From: Octopus vulgaris
Lineage: Eukaryota
DNA length: 64,000 bases
Direction of reading: 5' to 3'
NCBI GenBank assembly: GCA_951406725.2
Contig: OX597833.1
Span: 30,318,001-30,382,000 of the forward strand
Of this stretch, positions 18,637 to 33,378 are shown in pieces. Below the pieces are notes generated by a model. It was given only the letters and a program-made list of their open reading frames with translations. It did no database searches and was not told the origin of the DNA. The stretch's first letter is position 1. Each line of letters begins with the position of its first letter. The position numbers were made by a program, and so were the translations under genes.

Positions 18637-19009
18637 TTTATTATATAGAAGGAGCTTCTACAGGACTAGTACTGTTTCATTCAAGAGAAATCTTCAGGAA
18701 GCTATTTAACAAGAATTGTATTAGCATTTATACATTTAGGCAGGTTTAAAGGAGTGGTGGTGGGGGACTTTTTGGGGGTAGGCATAGCGCAAAATATCAT
18801 ACTTGGGGGAGTGGTCAAGGAGTCAGTGGTAAGTTAGATGAAAGAATAGATAAATAAAAAATAAAAGAATAAAAAATATATATAAAAAATATATATATAA
18901 AAATATATATATAAAAAAAGGGGGGGATAGAGTTATAGGTAAATAAGGAGATTCTCACTTATACCTATACACACATGTATACGTATCTACACACACATAT
19001 ATATACACA

Positions 19010-19051
<42 letters not shown>

Positions 19052-19513
19052 CATATATACACACATACATACATATCTACATACACACATACATACACCC
19101 GCCCACATATACAAATTTATACACATGCACATGCCTATACCTGTCTACACATACACACACGTATATATGCATACACTCACTCCCATGCATGCACGCATAC
19201 ACTCATGTATATATATATATATATATATACCCACGACCACACATACATATATACACAGAAAAATATATATTCATACGCACATACACTCATGCACACACAA
19301 CACACCTAGTTCCCTATATACACATATTTACACCTATATATACATACACCCACATACACCTATGTACATATATATATATATATATATATACACATACACG
19401 CATACATACATATACATACACATGTGTGCACATACATACATACACACATATACATACACATACACATACACATGTGTACCTATACATACCTACACATACA
19501 CACATACATACAT

Positions 19514-19552
<39 letters not shown>

Positions 19553-20172
19553 CCAATACAGGCCCATTCCCTAATTTTAATTTTATTATCTTCATTTATT
19601 ACTTTTGTTATCTTTGATCGCTAGAGCTAAGAATCCTGGCTATGGCTGCATGTCCATTTGTCTGTCTACTAGAAGGCAAGTACTCATTCCCGCACGCACA
19701 CTCATTAGCACGTACATTCACCCATTCATACACTCATACACATACACGTACGCACGCGTTATATTCATACATACAAACATCTACATACGTTCACGTATAT
19801 ACACATACGTACTCGTATATGTATATGTATGTATGCGTGTATGTGTATATATATATATATATATGTACATAGGTGTATGTGGGTGTATGTATATATAGGT
19901 GTAAATATGTGTATATAGGGAACTAGGTGTGTTGTGTGTGCATGAGTGTATGTGCGTATGAATATATATTTTTCTGTGTATATATGTATGTGTGGTCGTG
20001 GGTATATATATATATATATATATACATGAGTGTATGCGTGCATGCATGGGAGTGAGTGTATGCATATATACGTGTGTGTATGTGTAGACAGGTATAGGCA
20101 TGTGCATGTGTATAAATTTGTATATGTGGGCGGGTGTATGTATGTGTGTATGTAGATATGTATGTATGTGTG

Positions 20173-20227
<55 letters not shown>

Positions 20228-20600
20228 GTGTATATATATGTGTGTGTAGATACGTATACATGTGTGTATAGGTATAAGTGAGAATCTCCTTATTTACCTA
20301 TAACTCTATCCCCCCTTTTTTTATATATATATTTTTATATATATATTTTTTATATATATTTTTTATTTTTTTATTTTTTATTTATCTATTCTTTCATCTA
20401 ACTTACCACTGACTCCTTGACCACTCCCCCAAGTATGATATTTTGCGCTATGCCTACCCCCAAAAAGTCCCCCACCACCACTCCTTTAAACCTGCCTAAA
20501 TGTATAAATGCTAATACAATTCTTGTTAAATAGCTTCCTGAAGATTTCTCTTGAATGAAACAGTACTAGTCCTGTAGAAGCTCCTTCTATATAATAAATT
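18637..20600. repeat. Near-perfect ~780-bp inverted repeat with ~400-bp spacer and a hammerhead at each outer end
   Basis: About 18637-19418 is the reverse complement of about 19816-20600, including unique non-microsatellite sequence. Confidence 0.9.
20532..20582 (+). ncRNA. Type I hammerhead ribozyme (identical mirror copy on - strand at 18653-18703)
   Basis: AGCTTC-CTGAAGA-TTTC TCTT GAAT-GAAA-CAGTACTAGTCCTG-TA/GAAGCT. Stem I is a perfect 6 bp, stem III is a 14-nt near-palindrome, the site is GUA, and there is a U.U at the stem II base. Confidence 0.8.
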
Positions 20601-20665
20601 AATTTTACTCTGCTATGTATTGAGTACCTTACTTACTGTGGTTAACCCCGAATCAACCCGGGACC

Positions 20666-20721
<56 letters not shown>

Positions 20722-20734
20722 GAGTACATATATA

Positions 20735-20808
<74 letters not shown>

Positions 20809-20974
20809 TATATATGTACTCATAGATATGGATGTATATGTATGCTCCAGTATATATAATTGTCTATATGCTTGTATGTATAATTATCTCTATTTATATA
20901 TTTATGTACACGTCTATGTGTATATACGTGCTTATGTATGTATATATATATTTATATTTTTGATTGTACTTTAT

Positions 20975-21098
20975 AATCTTTGACGAGGCCTAGAGATATA
21001 AGTACCTCATTTTCAACTGCCTACCACCTCAATACACTTGACTTATATAGGCACAATGAGTTACTATTATCCATAGGCTGAAACAGCTGTAAGTGATT
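20975..21098 (+). ncRNA. Type I hammerhead ribozyme with ~80-nt loop II (U3.G8 core)
   Basis: TTGACGA-GGCCTA...TAGGCT-GAAA-CAGCTG-TA/AG. Stem I is short and bulged. Homologous to the copy at 39073-39210. Confidence 0.62.
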
Positions 21099-22185
21099 TT
21101 ATTAATAAATATTCATGTACATATACATATATATACATATGCATATATATATATTCATGTACATATACATATATATACATATGCATATATATATATACAT
21201 ATATATATACATATATATACATATACATATATATACATATATATATATATTTCTTCTAATATGAAATACCTGTGCATCATCTCTAAACCTTCTAATATAT
21301 ATGTATATATATCTATATATATGTATATATATATGTATATATATATGTATATATATATATATATATATAGATATATATATATCTTTCCCCCATTCCCGTC
21401 GTCCATCTGCGACGATACTTCCGCCGTAACTGCTAATGGTCTTTCTCGCCTGCCTTTTAAGGCTACTGGACGACTTTTCCTGCTCTCTCGTCGTTCACAA
21501 AAAATTAGCGTTTGCAATACTTTTTTCGTTCGGCGTCAACAGCCCTTCTTATCTTGTTCTCCCTGTCCTGTCTTTTGCTGTTATATATATTTTTTTTACT
21601 GCTTATATATATATTTATTGTTTTACTGTTTATATTTTTGTACTGTCGTTACTGTCTCGTTTTTTTACCATTTTTTTACCATTTTTTACCCCTCTGCGAA
21701 AAGATCTGAGAATTTTAATTGATTTGCTTTTCGCAGGAAGGAAAGTTTCTTGTCGAAGATACGTCTCGCTTTTATCCTTCGAAACGTAGAGTAGATGAAA
21801 CCTTAGCGACTGAAGAAGGGGTTTTTTCGTTGTGTTAACTGTCCTGTACTCCATTTTTTGTTGTTTTTAAAAAAATGCCCTGTTCCTTTGGTTTGTGTCT
21901 ATGTTTTCGTTTCTCTATGTGTTCGACGTCCCTTTGGTGTCCTGTACTCATATATGCGTGTATATGTACATGTAGAGGTAGGTACGTACATATATGTTTA
22001 TATATATGCATATGTTTTATTTCTTTTATTAATATATATATATATATATATATTAAGGTATGTAGAAAAATACAACATGGACAAGAACGTATAACTCTTA
22101 GAAGACGATACAATAAACACGGACAGGACATTCGAAACCCTCAGTCTTCAGTCAAGAACCGGATCATCGTAGTAATTTCGGCTGA

Positions 22186-22341
<156 letters not shown>

Positions 22342-22344
22342 CAT

Positions 22345-22578
<234 letters not shown>

Positions 22579-22579
22579 G

Positions 22580-22784
<205 letters not shown>

Positions 22785-22791
22785 GTATATA

Positions 22792-23141
<350 letters not shown>

Positions 23142-23172
23142 GTATATATGTATATATATATATGTATATATG

Positions 23173-23237
<65 letters not shown>

Positions 23238-23458
23238 AAAAATTGTGTCAAAAATTGTGAAGCATGACTGTCAACACTACTACATGAACCCGAAGATTGC
23301 AGAATTCAATGCATGAAAGTACTAGTTCAATCAGAATGAATATTTAACATTCTACTATTTCATTTTATTTTATTCAATTATAATATATTATCTTATAATA
23401 TATCATTATAAGATTGTAAATAAAACGTGAAAATCAGACAAGGTTGGAATTCTTTTTA

Positions 23459-23509
<51 letters not shown>

Positions 23510-23598
23510 GTATATATATGTATATATATGTATATATATATATATGTATATATGTATATATATATATGTATATATGTATATATATATATATGTATATA

Positions 23599-23649
<51 letters not shown>

Positions 23650-23724
23650 TTATATATGTATATATATGTATATATATGTATATATATATATATGTATATA
23701 TATGTATATATATGTATATATATG

Positions 23725-23851
<127 letters not shown>

Positions 23852-23975
23852 GCATGTGTGTGTGTAAAACAAAATTCATAAACCCAAGTTCTTGGGGACC
23901 TGAAATTTAAAGAGCACTAAATACAAGTTGAAGATAACTGAAAGACAAATTGTTCATTTTACTCACATGCACACA

Positions 23976-24006
<31 letters not shown>

Positions 24007-24061
24007 CAACCACATCACATACTTTCCATGTGTTATATTCTTCCTGTTTTTGCAATTTTAG

Positions 24062-24182
24062 TGCCTTTATGTCAAACTGGACTGCATGCAAAGAAAAGAA
24101 GGAAGGTGTGATTGCAAAAGTTTTAAGAATACAAACTCAACGCCAATACAAATTTGTTTACACTGCTTTCTTTGCTTGGAAA
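24062..24182 (+). CDS. FBXL13: Host gene exon A (F-box/LRR protein, FBXL13/DRC6-like), N-terminal helical region
   Basis: Pyrimidine tract + ttttAG acceptor and GTAAGA donor. 121 nt, phase 2 to 0, reads AFMSNWTACKEKKEGVIAKVLRIQTQRQYKFVYTAFFAWK. Joins in frame to exon B (AWK|EW). Confidence 0.72.
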
Positions 24183-24610
24183 GTAAGAGATTATCACTTT
24201 TATTATTATCATTATTTTGAATTTGTACTTTATCCATTCTTGAGTGGGTTTCAAGAATGGATTTTAGACTTCAGTGGTCACATTTTTCATTAATGGGTGG
24301 GTATTCACAAATAATTTGGGAGATATTACTTAATTTCATATATAAACAATATTTATTTCATTTATTTATTTCATCATTTTTATGTTCATTTTCCAATGTT
24401 AGCATGTGTTATATATATATATATATATATAATATTAATTAGAGACAAAACCACTATTATGCAAATCAAACAAAGAAAGACTTAATCCAATACATAAAAA
24501 ATTTTATATAAATTAAATATAATTAAGATATCCACATATTTTACTATAAAATTGGATTCAATCCTAAATCTGATTTTTCCCTGTAAATTTGGATCTATTC
24601 CCTAATGTTT

Positions 24611-24642
<32 letters not shown>

Positions 24643-24944
24643 TATTATTGAGGTTTTGTTTTACAGCTGTTGTTAACTTTTACTTGTTCATCAAATAATG
24701 GCTCTCTTGTACCACAAACTGTCTACTGGCACAAAGCCAGAAGAATTTGTTCATAAAGGAAATGACAGTCACATCACTGCTTGTAGCTTAGCAGTTTTCA
24801 GAGACACATAATGCCTCTCTGAAAAGTGACACACACACACACATGAACACCCATACACACATATATACATATACATGCATAATCACCCACACGCACACAT
24901 ACGTATGTACATACATATGTACGTGTGTGCGTACGTACTTTTAA

Positions 24945-25240
24945 CTTGATTCAGTCATTGGACTGCAGGTATGTTGTGGCACCATTTTGCAGGGTTTTAG
25001 TAAAATAGATCAACACCAGTACTTATTTCTTAAGTGTTGTACTTATTCTATCTGTTTTTATTGCCAAATCACTAGGTTACAGGGACATAAGCAACCCAAC
25101 ACAAGTTGGGGAAAATGAAGGACATACACACACACATACACACAACAGGTTTCCACACAGTTTCTGTCTACCAAATTTATTCACAATGTATTAGTTGGCC
25201 CAAGGGTATAGTAGAAGATTCCTGCCCAAGGTGCTGTACA
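24945..25240 (-). mobile_element. Decayed SINE of the 935-1338 family
   Basis: Reverse-complement matches to CTTGGGCA..TCTTCTACTATA, GGTAGACAGAAACTG, ATAGAATAAGTAC and CAGTCCAATGACTGAA. Confidence 0.7.
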
Positions 25241-26307
25241 GTAAGACATAATAAATGCATGCATGCACATACATACTTACATACATACATACATACATAC
25301 ACACACTACACACACACACACACACACACACAATTTACTGTTTCCCTGTAGGTATGATCAACAAAAAAGTATTCCATTCAGTGAAAGATAAATATCATTT
25401 AATACACACAGAATTTTAAAAAGAGCTACTAATACTAAATGTAGAGATAAAATAATTCAGCAGATTTATATAAGATGCTGTGTGTCTCCAAGCAATCCTT
25501 CAGGGTCAGTACATGCCATTAGATCTATCTGAAAACCAGGACACTGGTGTATGAGAAAATATGAGAAAAAATTGGGAAGAAAAATGAAAAGATGGTTGAT
25601 GCAAAAAGTAGACTTAGACGGTTGCCTTTGTTTGTAGGCATGGTAATTAATCTAGCTGGTGTAGAATAATATAACAGAGGCCAAAATCTGTACTCAGTTC
25701 AGTGAGGATAGTGTCCTCCAGTTTGACAAAAGAGGTTTGTCTATGTGCTTGCATGTGCTAAAAGTTTCAGATCTGGAATTAATTAGTATTATAAAACATT
25801 AGCAAATGTTTTTTCCTTTTCTACAAATTTCATACTAATGACCTAATATATATCTACACAAGCAAGTAAATATTCATGGACTGTAGACATGCGGGTGGGC
25901 ATCCATAGGTAGTGTTTGGTGGTGGTGGGAATGAGAAGGGGAGGGTGGGAGGTTACTGAAGTATTATTAGTTATAATAATAATGTCATTTGACAGTGCTG
26001 GGTCATGAGATTACATAAAAATATATATTTGTATAGAGAGAGGGGTACAGCCGAGCAACCATACATATATAAAGAAAGAGAGATGCACTGCTATGAACAG
26101 ACACTTAGGTGGGGTGGAAAAGAAGAGGGGGGGGAGCTCCCTGAATCATTATTATTTCATGATGTCTAATCTTGAAAATGCATATTTGGCATGATGGGAT
26201 CATCTTGGAATTTTCTCTGCATGCTTGTTTACCAGGTTCCTATTACTTAGCAGTATGCACAATATTTCTTAAAGGCAAAAGTTGCATGTGTCAGATATAT
26301 ATATATA

Positions 26308-27145
26308 TTCTCACCACCTCCATCCACTACAAATACACACTCACACTCATACCTCAACTTCTCCTCCCACCCTAAACACACCAAGCTTTCCATCCCCTAT
26401 TCCCAATTCATCCGCCTACGCAGGCTCTGTAGTGACGACCATGACTTTGAGACTCAGTCTCAACTCATGGCTCGCCACTTCATCCTACATGGATATCCCC
26501 TCACCACTATCCACACTGCCCTTGCCAGAGCATGGATCATGCATCTGCTCTCTTCCCCCAGACCCGCCCCGCAGTCTCCCATTTCCCGTCACCTACCACC
26601 CTACCTCTCCAACGCACCATTCTCCGAGCCTTCCGGCAACTCCAGTCCGACCCCTCCACTTCACAGATCTTCCCTACCCCCATCCCCTCCTTCAAATGAG
26701 CCCACAATCTATGAGACCTCTTGGTCCACAGCTTCTTCCCTAACCCAACCTCCCGACCCGGCTCGTTCCCCTGCTCTCGCTCACGCTGTTGCACTTGACC
26801 TTACCTCTCCAACACCACCCTCCTCACCATCACCCATCACCCTATCACATCACTGACTCCTTCACCTGCACTTCTACCAATGTCATCTACTGCATCTCCT
26901 CTCTCTGCCCTTCTCTATACATCTGGCAAACAGGACGCCACTTAACTGACTGATTCGCGGAATACCTCCGAGATATCCGACTCAGCAATGACACCCCAGT
27001 CTCACGCCATTTCCACTCTACCAGTCACTCTTTGCAACACCTGTCTGTGTTCAGATTGTCCTTTCACAGAGGCCATCCAGACTCCTGTTTGCGCCATGAA
27101 CAGAGATTAATCTTCTCACTTTGCTTCTTTGCACATGAGCTCAAC
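26308..27145 (+). mobile_element. Penelope-like element remnant (RT thumb + GIY-YIG endonuclease)
   Basis: Frameshifted motifs TSIHYK, YLNFSSHP, IPYSQFIRLRRLCS, FTCTSTNVIYCI, LYIxQTGR, PVSRHF and HEQRLIFSL. A pyrimidine-rich tail and probable pLTR follow to about 27890. Confidence 0.85.
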
Positions 27146-27887
27146 TCTCCTCCCTTCTTCATCTAACCTCCTCTCCTTTCCTCTCTCCCCCCTCACACCT
27201 ACTTCCTCCCACCTACCTCTCCGCTCTTGCTCCAACTCCTACTTCTCTTCACTCCTACTCTCCTCTCTTCTCTTCACTCCTACCCACCTTCTCCCTTCCC
27301 CTTCATCATCACCCCTCCCTCGTAACCCCACCCTACCCCTACACAATCCAACCCCACCTTCCCTATCTATCCCATCCCACTCCACTCCATCCCTTACACC
27401 CACTCCCACATACCCCCACCCTCAGTCTAACCCACACCCCACACTTGCTTTTTCCACTTTCGCCTCCCCCACCTCCCAAAACCATCACACCACACACCAC
27501 TACACCATGCACCACCATACCACATCGCATCACACCACCATGCACACACTAGCACTGACCATTTCCCAGCCCCACATCCACACACCTACACATAAGCATA
27601 TGCACATGTCAAGGTCTGCACGTGCACCTTCATTTTGGGATCACCACTACTTTATTATCTCCCCTTCTTCCTAGCTCTCCTGTGTGACGCCTCTCGCATT
27701 CGCCATGATAGGTCGCTAGCCACTACACATTCTTTATTTTTTCTCCTTGTTTCTTTCTGCGTTCCTTTCTGTGGAAGAGCATAGGCTCAAAATGTTAAAG
27801 ACTTTTTCACTTCCCGAGCATTATACTAATACATCTGTTTGTTGTCTACATCACCTGTCTTCATCTTTTGTTTTTTTTGTGAATTCT

Positions 27888-27921
<34 letters not shown>

Positions 27922-27924
27922 GCA

Positions 27925-29625
27925 ATTGAGAGTTCCTATGGGACAGCTTGCTGAGTACCACAGATCAAATCTGTACCTAGTGCAAAGTCTCAATCAAACC
28001 TAAGGTGGCATGATGGTGGAATGATGTTGTAGACAAAGCCATTAGAGCAAAGAAACAGGTCTGAAAAGACTGGAAGAATGGTGATAGCAAAGAACTATAT
28101 CAGGTAGCTAGGATTGAGGCTAGAAGACAAGTATACTTAGCCAGGAGAGAAGCAGAAAGGAGGAAGTTTGCCAATGTTTTGCAACGTGAGGACCAGAAGC
28201 TTAAAGTGTTTTAAATTGCATGTCAGAGAAAAATGTGATGATATAAAAGAGAGAAGTGCATTTGCATGGATGATGGTTCACTTGCAGTAAGTGATTCTGC
28301 AAAGAAAGAGGCTTGGAAGTGCCACTATGAAAAACTGCTAAATGTAGAGAACACATGGAAGGACAGTCTGCCTAATGTGGATCCAGCAGAGGGGATGGCA
28401 ATCCAAATCGACTGTAGCTTAGTAGATAGATCAATTAAGGACATGGAAAGCTCCTAGCCCATCAGGAATCACCATTTAGACACTTAAAATATCTGGCAGA
28501 GTGAGATGTGACATAGTCACCCATATAGTTAAGCAGGTTGTCCATGAAGGAGTCATTCTCAAGGGTTGGTGTAGCAGCATTATAGTCAACTGCTAGAAAG
28601 ACAAAAATGATGCCTTATACAGAAATAATTACAGAAGCATCAAATTGCTGGAACATGTGATGAAAGTTACAGAAAGGGTCATAGCTCAATCAATTAGTAA
28701 GAGAGTGAGTCTAGATAAGATGCCAGGGAGAAACACCACCAATGCCATATTCCTGGTGAGGCAAATGTAGGAGAAATACTTAGCCAAAAACAAACCTCTG
28801 TATTTGGTGTTTGTTGACATGGAGAAAGCTTTTGACAGGGTTCCCTGCTCCCTTATCTGATGGGCAGTGAGGAAGCTAGGGATAGATGAGTGGTTAGTGA
28901 GAGCTGTAAAAGCCATGTACAGGGATGCTGTAAGTAAGGTGAAACTCACCAATGAGAATAGCAAGGAATTTAGGGTACAAATAGGAGTCCACCAGGGATT
29001 GGTTCTCAGCCCTCTTTGGTTTATCATAATCCTCCAAACTATAACAGAGGAATTCAAGACAGGCTGCCCTTCAGAGTTACTCTATATTGATGAACCCTTA
29101 TTGCTAAATCACTACCAGAACTAGAGAAGAAATTTCAGGTGTGGAAGCTAGGCCTGGAATCAAATGGCCTTAGATTTAATTTAGTAAAGACCAAAGTCCT
29201 AATAAGTAAGAAAACAGACAAGTCACAGCTCCCTTCAGGGAGAAAGCCTTGCTTAATATGTAGAAAAAGTGTTGGGGAAACTCCATATGGTGTACCTAGT
29301 GCAGGCTATGGACACATAAGAGGTGCAGTGGCATCACTGGAAGACTAACTGAGAAAGTAGTCTTTACATGTGGAAAATGTACAGGTACATTAAACACCAG
29401 GAATGTACAAAAAATAGACTCCCTCATATGCCAGGGGGACCCCTAGAAGTAGTAGACAGTTTTTGTTACTTAGGTGACCAAGTTTAGCAGTGGTGGTTAT
29501 TCTGAAAGCATAGCCACTAGAATAAGTATAGGCTGGCCAAAGTTCATAGAGCTATTACCTCTAACAAAGAGTCTCTCCCTCAGAATGAAAGGCACATTGT
29601 ATGATGCCTGTATATGAACAGCTAC
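27925..29625 (+). pseudogene. Decayed RTE-clade LINE ORF2
   Basis: Collinear with the 40480-42930 element (NYRSIKLL, DMEKAFDRVP, GVHQGLVLSP, PHD-like Cys block), with many stops and frameshifts. Confidence 0.9.
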
Positions 29626-30089
29626 ATTTAGGAGAGAGAGTGAGAATGAACTGGTGGTGTCTCCAGAGGAATGATGGTAGGGATGAGGTGGAGGAGAAGT
29701 GGTAGTGGGTGGGGTTTTGCAAGAGTAATGATTTCACTTTCATTGCAATAATCTGTAACAGAATTAGAAAAGAAATTGCTATGAATTTTTGAAAATATTT
29801 AAACCTAACTTATATCATACTTTTTCTTGGAGAGCCTCCAAAAAGAAACATTTTGATATATCATTTGTGAAATTTGGATGAATATTTTAGGGGGATATAT
29901 GTTTTGCAAACAACTTGCACATCAAGTGCTACCAGTCAAAAGCTCCAGCAAGTTGTATGGGAGCCATCAGGAGAGAATGCACACAGTTTTGGGGCCTACC
30001 TCTCAAAGGCATCATTGTGCACGCCCCCACTCTCACTGATATGAGACCCCACTTGCTAGATCAACTGGTTATCAAATAAATCTCAATAT

Positions 30090-31320
30090 TCTTCTAGCAG
30101 CTGCCCATCATTTCTTTTTAACCAAATTCAGTGGCTAGCCTTTTCCACTGTAGTTAGGGTATCCTTCATGGTGGTATTTACTTTATGATGAATTAGGCCT
30201 AACAATAACAACAGTTGCCTCACACTGTGTCCCACGAATCCTCTACATCTGACTTCGATTGGAAAATGCTCTGCTTTCGAGCCTGTGTCTTCACATTCCT
30301 CGAGGAGGTTTACAGGTTTACATAACTCAATCTTTCGAACCTGAGTAGCATCCATGTTATCTTCATGAGGAGCTGTTAACTCGGCTAGATTCACCACTTT
30401 CTTTCATACTACATTATATCTGGCTTTTTTTGTAACTGGGATGGGAAAGAATCCTTGGCACCCCAGTAAATCTGCAGCCACCTCCCAGTAGCTGTTCCAC
30501 TTTTCATCACTCACAGGAAGTTTCTTCTTGAAACGGATCTGCTGTCCTGAGTGCATGAAGGTAATGAAATCTCTGGTTGGTACTTTCAATGGATTTTTTC
30601 TACTGTTGATGAAAGCAATTTGGCCCTTTATAACATTGAAGATAACCTTAAGGACCAGGTTGTGTCTCCATGTATATCTATTCAATACCAGTGAACAGTT
30701 GGAAAGAATATGTTTCAGTGTTCTGACCTTTCCGTATTTGCATATATCATTCTCTGAGATGTTCCATCTTACTAGATTTGTAGGTGATGGCAAGACATCA
30801 TAGGATGAACGAATCAGAAAACTTAGCCGAGATGTAGTCCACCTCACTATCTCATTCCAACTTATTTTTCTCTCAACAACATGTTCCTCCCATCTCATCA
30901 TTTGTCCTTGTTGAGTGCATTGGATCAAATGAAGCTTTCTTCTCTTTGTTTCCCGTGCTTTGATGCTGTTGCTAACAACAGATCTGTGTTTGCTCTGCAT
31001 CATACTTGCAAATGGTCTGAACCAATCTGTGCCTTCATCAGAAGGAACTTGGTTTTCCAAGTTCCTTCTGATGAATTTGCATTGCACCCACCATATCTCA
31101 GTGTGTAAGAAAAGACAGAATGTCATCAGTCTCTGCTTCTGCTTTTCACTTCCCAACCATTTTTACATTTGGTGGATTACACATGATTTCTGTCCTTCAT
31201 CTCTCTCAGCATCATCATTGTTCATGCCTTCCCTAGTTTATAAATTTCAACTATTGACACCAGTGGTAACTGCAACAAGCCTCTTTTACAATAGAAAGTT
31301 GAATTGTTCAATATCCGAGG
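30090..31320 (-). mobile_element. RLE-type non-LTR retrotransposon C-terminus (HERO/NeSL-like), decayed
   Basis: LIRSSYDVLPSPTNL, zinc-knuckle remnant LKHILSNC, YTWRHN, ELTAPHE and PIEVRCRGF (restriction-like endonuclease region). Confidence 0.8.
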
Positions 31321-33179
31321 TAGGCCCAGCATAGCCACTAGAATAAGTATAGGCTGGCCAAAGTTCATAGAGCTATTACCTCTAACAAAGAGCCTCTCCG
31401 AGCTAGGCCCAGCCACTTTCTAATGAATACATTACACTTTTGTTCAATTTGAATGGTCAGCAAATTGATTGAAATCTTGCCCAGTTGGCTGAACTGAATA
31501 ATTAGTCATATTTGTGATGTCATATCTTTGAAACTGAGGTGATAATCATCAACAAATTACACAAACTAATAGTGTCTATGATACAGGAGTTGCCTACTTT
31601 TTTTAGGGTTCTTGAAAATGAAACTTTTTTTTTTTGGTAATGTTTTAAATATTTATGTAATGCCTAACAAATGGTCAATTTTGCAGTGTTTTCAGACCTA
31701 GCTAAACCCAAAACTAAAAGCCACAAGGACTTGAGTTTTGGTACATTTGTAATGGGTATATAACTAAATAAATCCTGAAATGTTGAGACATGATACCATT
31801 TCTATAAAATTTTAATGGACTATTAAAAGTGATGGAGTTTTGGATCAGGATGCCCCTATATATTGGATTTTCTCCATTTTGACAGGGATTCTTCCAGTTT
31901 TTTTTACCACAACCTTGGGAATTATGGGGGTGGGGAGCTTTTTATGAACAAAATTTTGGAAAATCGTTTTTTTCCACTCCCCTTCACCCCCTGCAGACAA
32001 ATTTTGGACAATTTTTTGCACTACATGCTTAAAAATGATGGGTGAAGAGTTTATTCTTCTATTTGCAGATGAAAAAGTGTGTTATTTAAATAACACACTT
32101 TTTCATCTGCAAATAGAATTTAGTTGTTTTTCTTGCACATCCCACGACCACCTGGTACCTTTCTCAGAATTGCATAGATTAAAAAACAAACAAAATGTGA
32201 TAACTAATTCCTTGCTTTGGCATTAAAAACATCTCTAACTTACAGTAAACTCGTGAGTAGGTGAGAAAAAATAAAACCTAAAATGAATGAGCACTACTTG
32301 TGAAAATGTAAATACTACCACAAATAATCTGACTGTATTCAAAATCAAGGAAACAAACAAAACATCACATCAGACTTTTATAGTCTACAAAATGATCATT
32401 GCACAGTATAATTTTCATTGGTAAAATTTGACAAATGTACCTCAAAGAAAAATGAAATATCTGCTAGGATATTCTTGTACATGTAATTCCCTCTCACTGT
32501 TAAAACAGCAAGCGGGAATAAACATTTTCAATACAATGATTCCATGCTAATTTTGGGCTCTAGAAAACTTATGGAGTTGAATTTAGTACATTGTTTCATA
32601 GAAGTATATGTTTACTTAGTAATTAATTCATCCATTTCTTGAAATTCTGGTTCAAATTCAATATTTGAAGCCTTGGACTCACGTTCCATTTAGCTCTCAC
32701 TATACAAGAATATATCAGTTTAACAAGTAGAGTCAGTAGGCATTAATCCTATACGAGCAGTCATAACAGTACCCTTTTTATTGGCTTTGTGCTTTGTTGC
32801 CATCCTGCTGCAAAATTTGAATTCTTGAGAAATTTTTCTTTCTTGAAGAAAATATGTTCTTTTTTAAGTGAAAATTCAAGATAAAATCTTCCCTTTATAT
32901 TTTGTAACAATTATCTGACCTAACCCATCGATTTTTATATTAATGTAAAGCAAAAACAATCTTCTTCATGACTATCATTTTCAACACAAATTGAGTTACA
33001 GTGCTCCAGCGCATTGAATTTGAATGAAGGCTAGTATTCAATAGTAAAAAACAAAAATAAAACAAACTTTGTGAAAGGGTGGAAACACCAGGGTGATTGC
33101 GAAAACTGGGCATCATATGTAAGTGTCAGATTTTGATCAAAAGTATATGAGAAGGAAGTTCACATGTAGAACTTTCAAA

Positions 33180-33277
<98 letters not shown>

Positions 33278-33344
33278 GTTGTGACTTTTGAAATTTACTG
33301 TGAGCTATTAAATATTTGTTTTTATATTTTCTTTACCACTGCAG

Positions 33345-33378
33345 GAATGGACACAGCAGATAGTGGACCGATATGCAA
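33345..33378 (+). CDS. FBXL13: Host gene exon B (34-nt microexon)
   Basis: T-rich tract + tgcAG acceptor and GTAAGA donor. Reads EWTQQIVDRYA + 1 nt. Its phase-1 end matches exon C. Confidence 0.72.

Noticed and set aside
21750-22185. CTGAAGA and GAAA boxes near 21780-21816 (+) and 22145-22180 (-)
   Set aside because: I could not build consistent stems for a type I or type II hammerhead. This is probably a repeat terminus and needs a family consensus.
27129-27674. 181-aa Pro/Ser/His-rich ORF
   Set aside because: Low-complexity C-rich tail of the Penelope remnant.
27765-27805. GAGC-ATAG-GCTC hairpin after the Penelope remnant as a ribozyme
   Set aside because: The core boxes are degenerate (GTGGAA / AAAA). 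It is a plausible dead pLTR ribozyme but not supportable.
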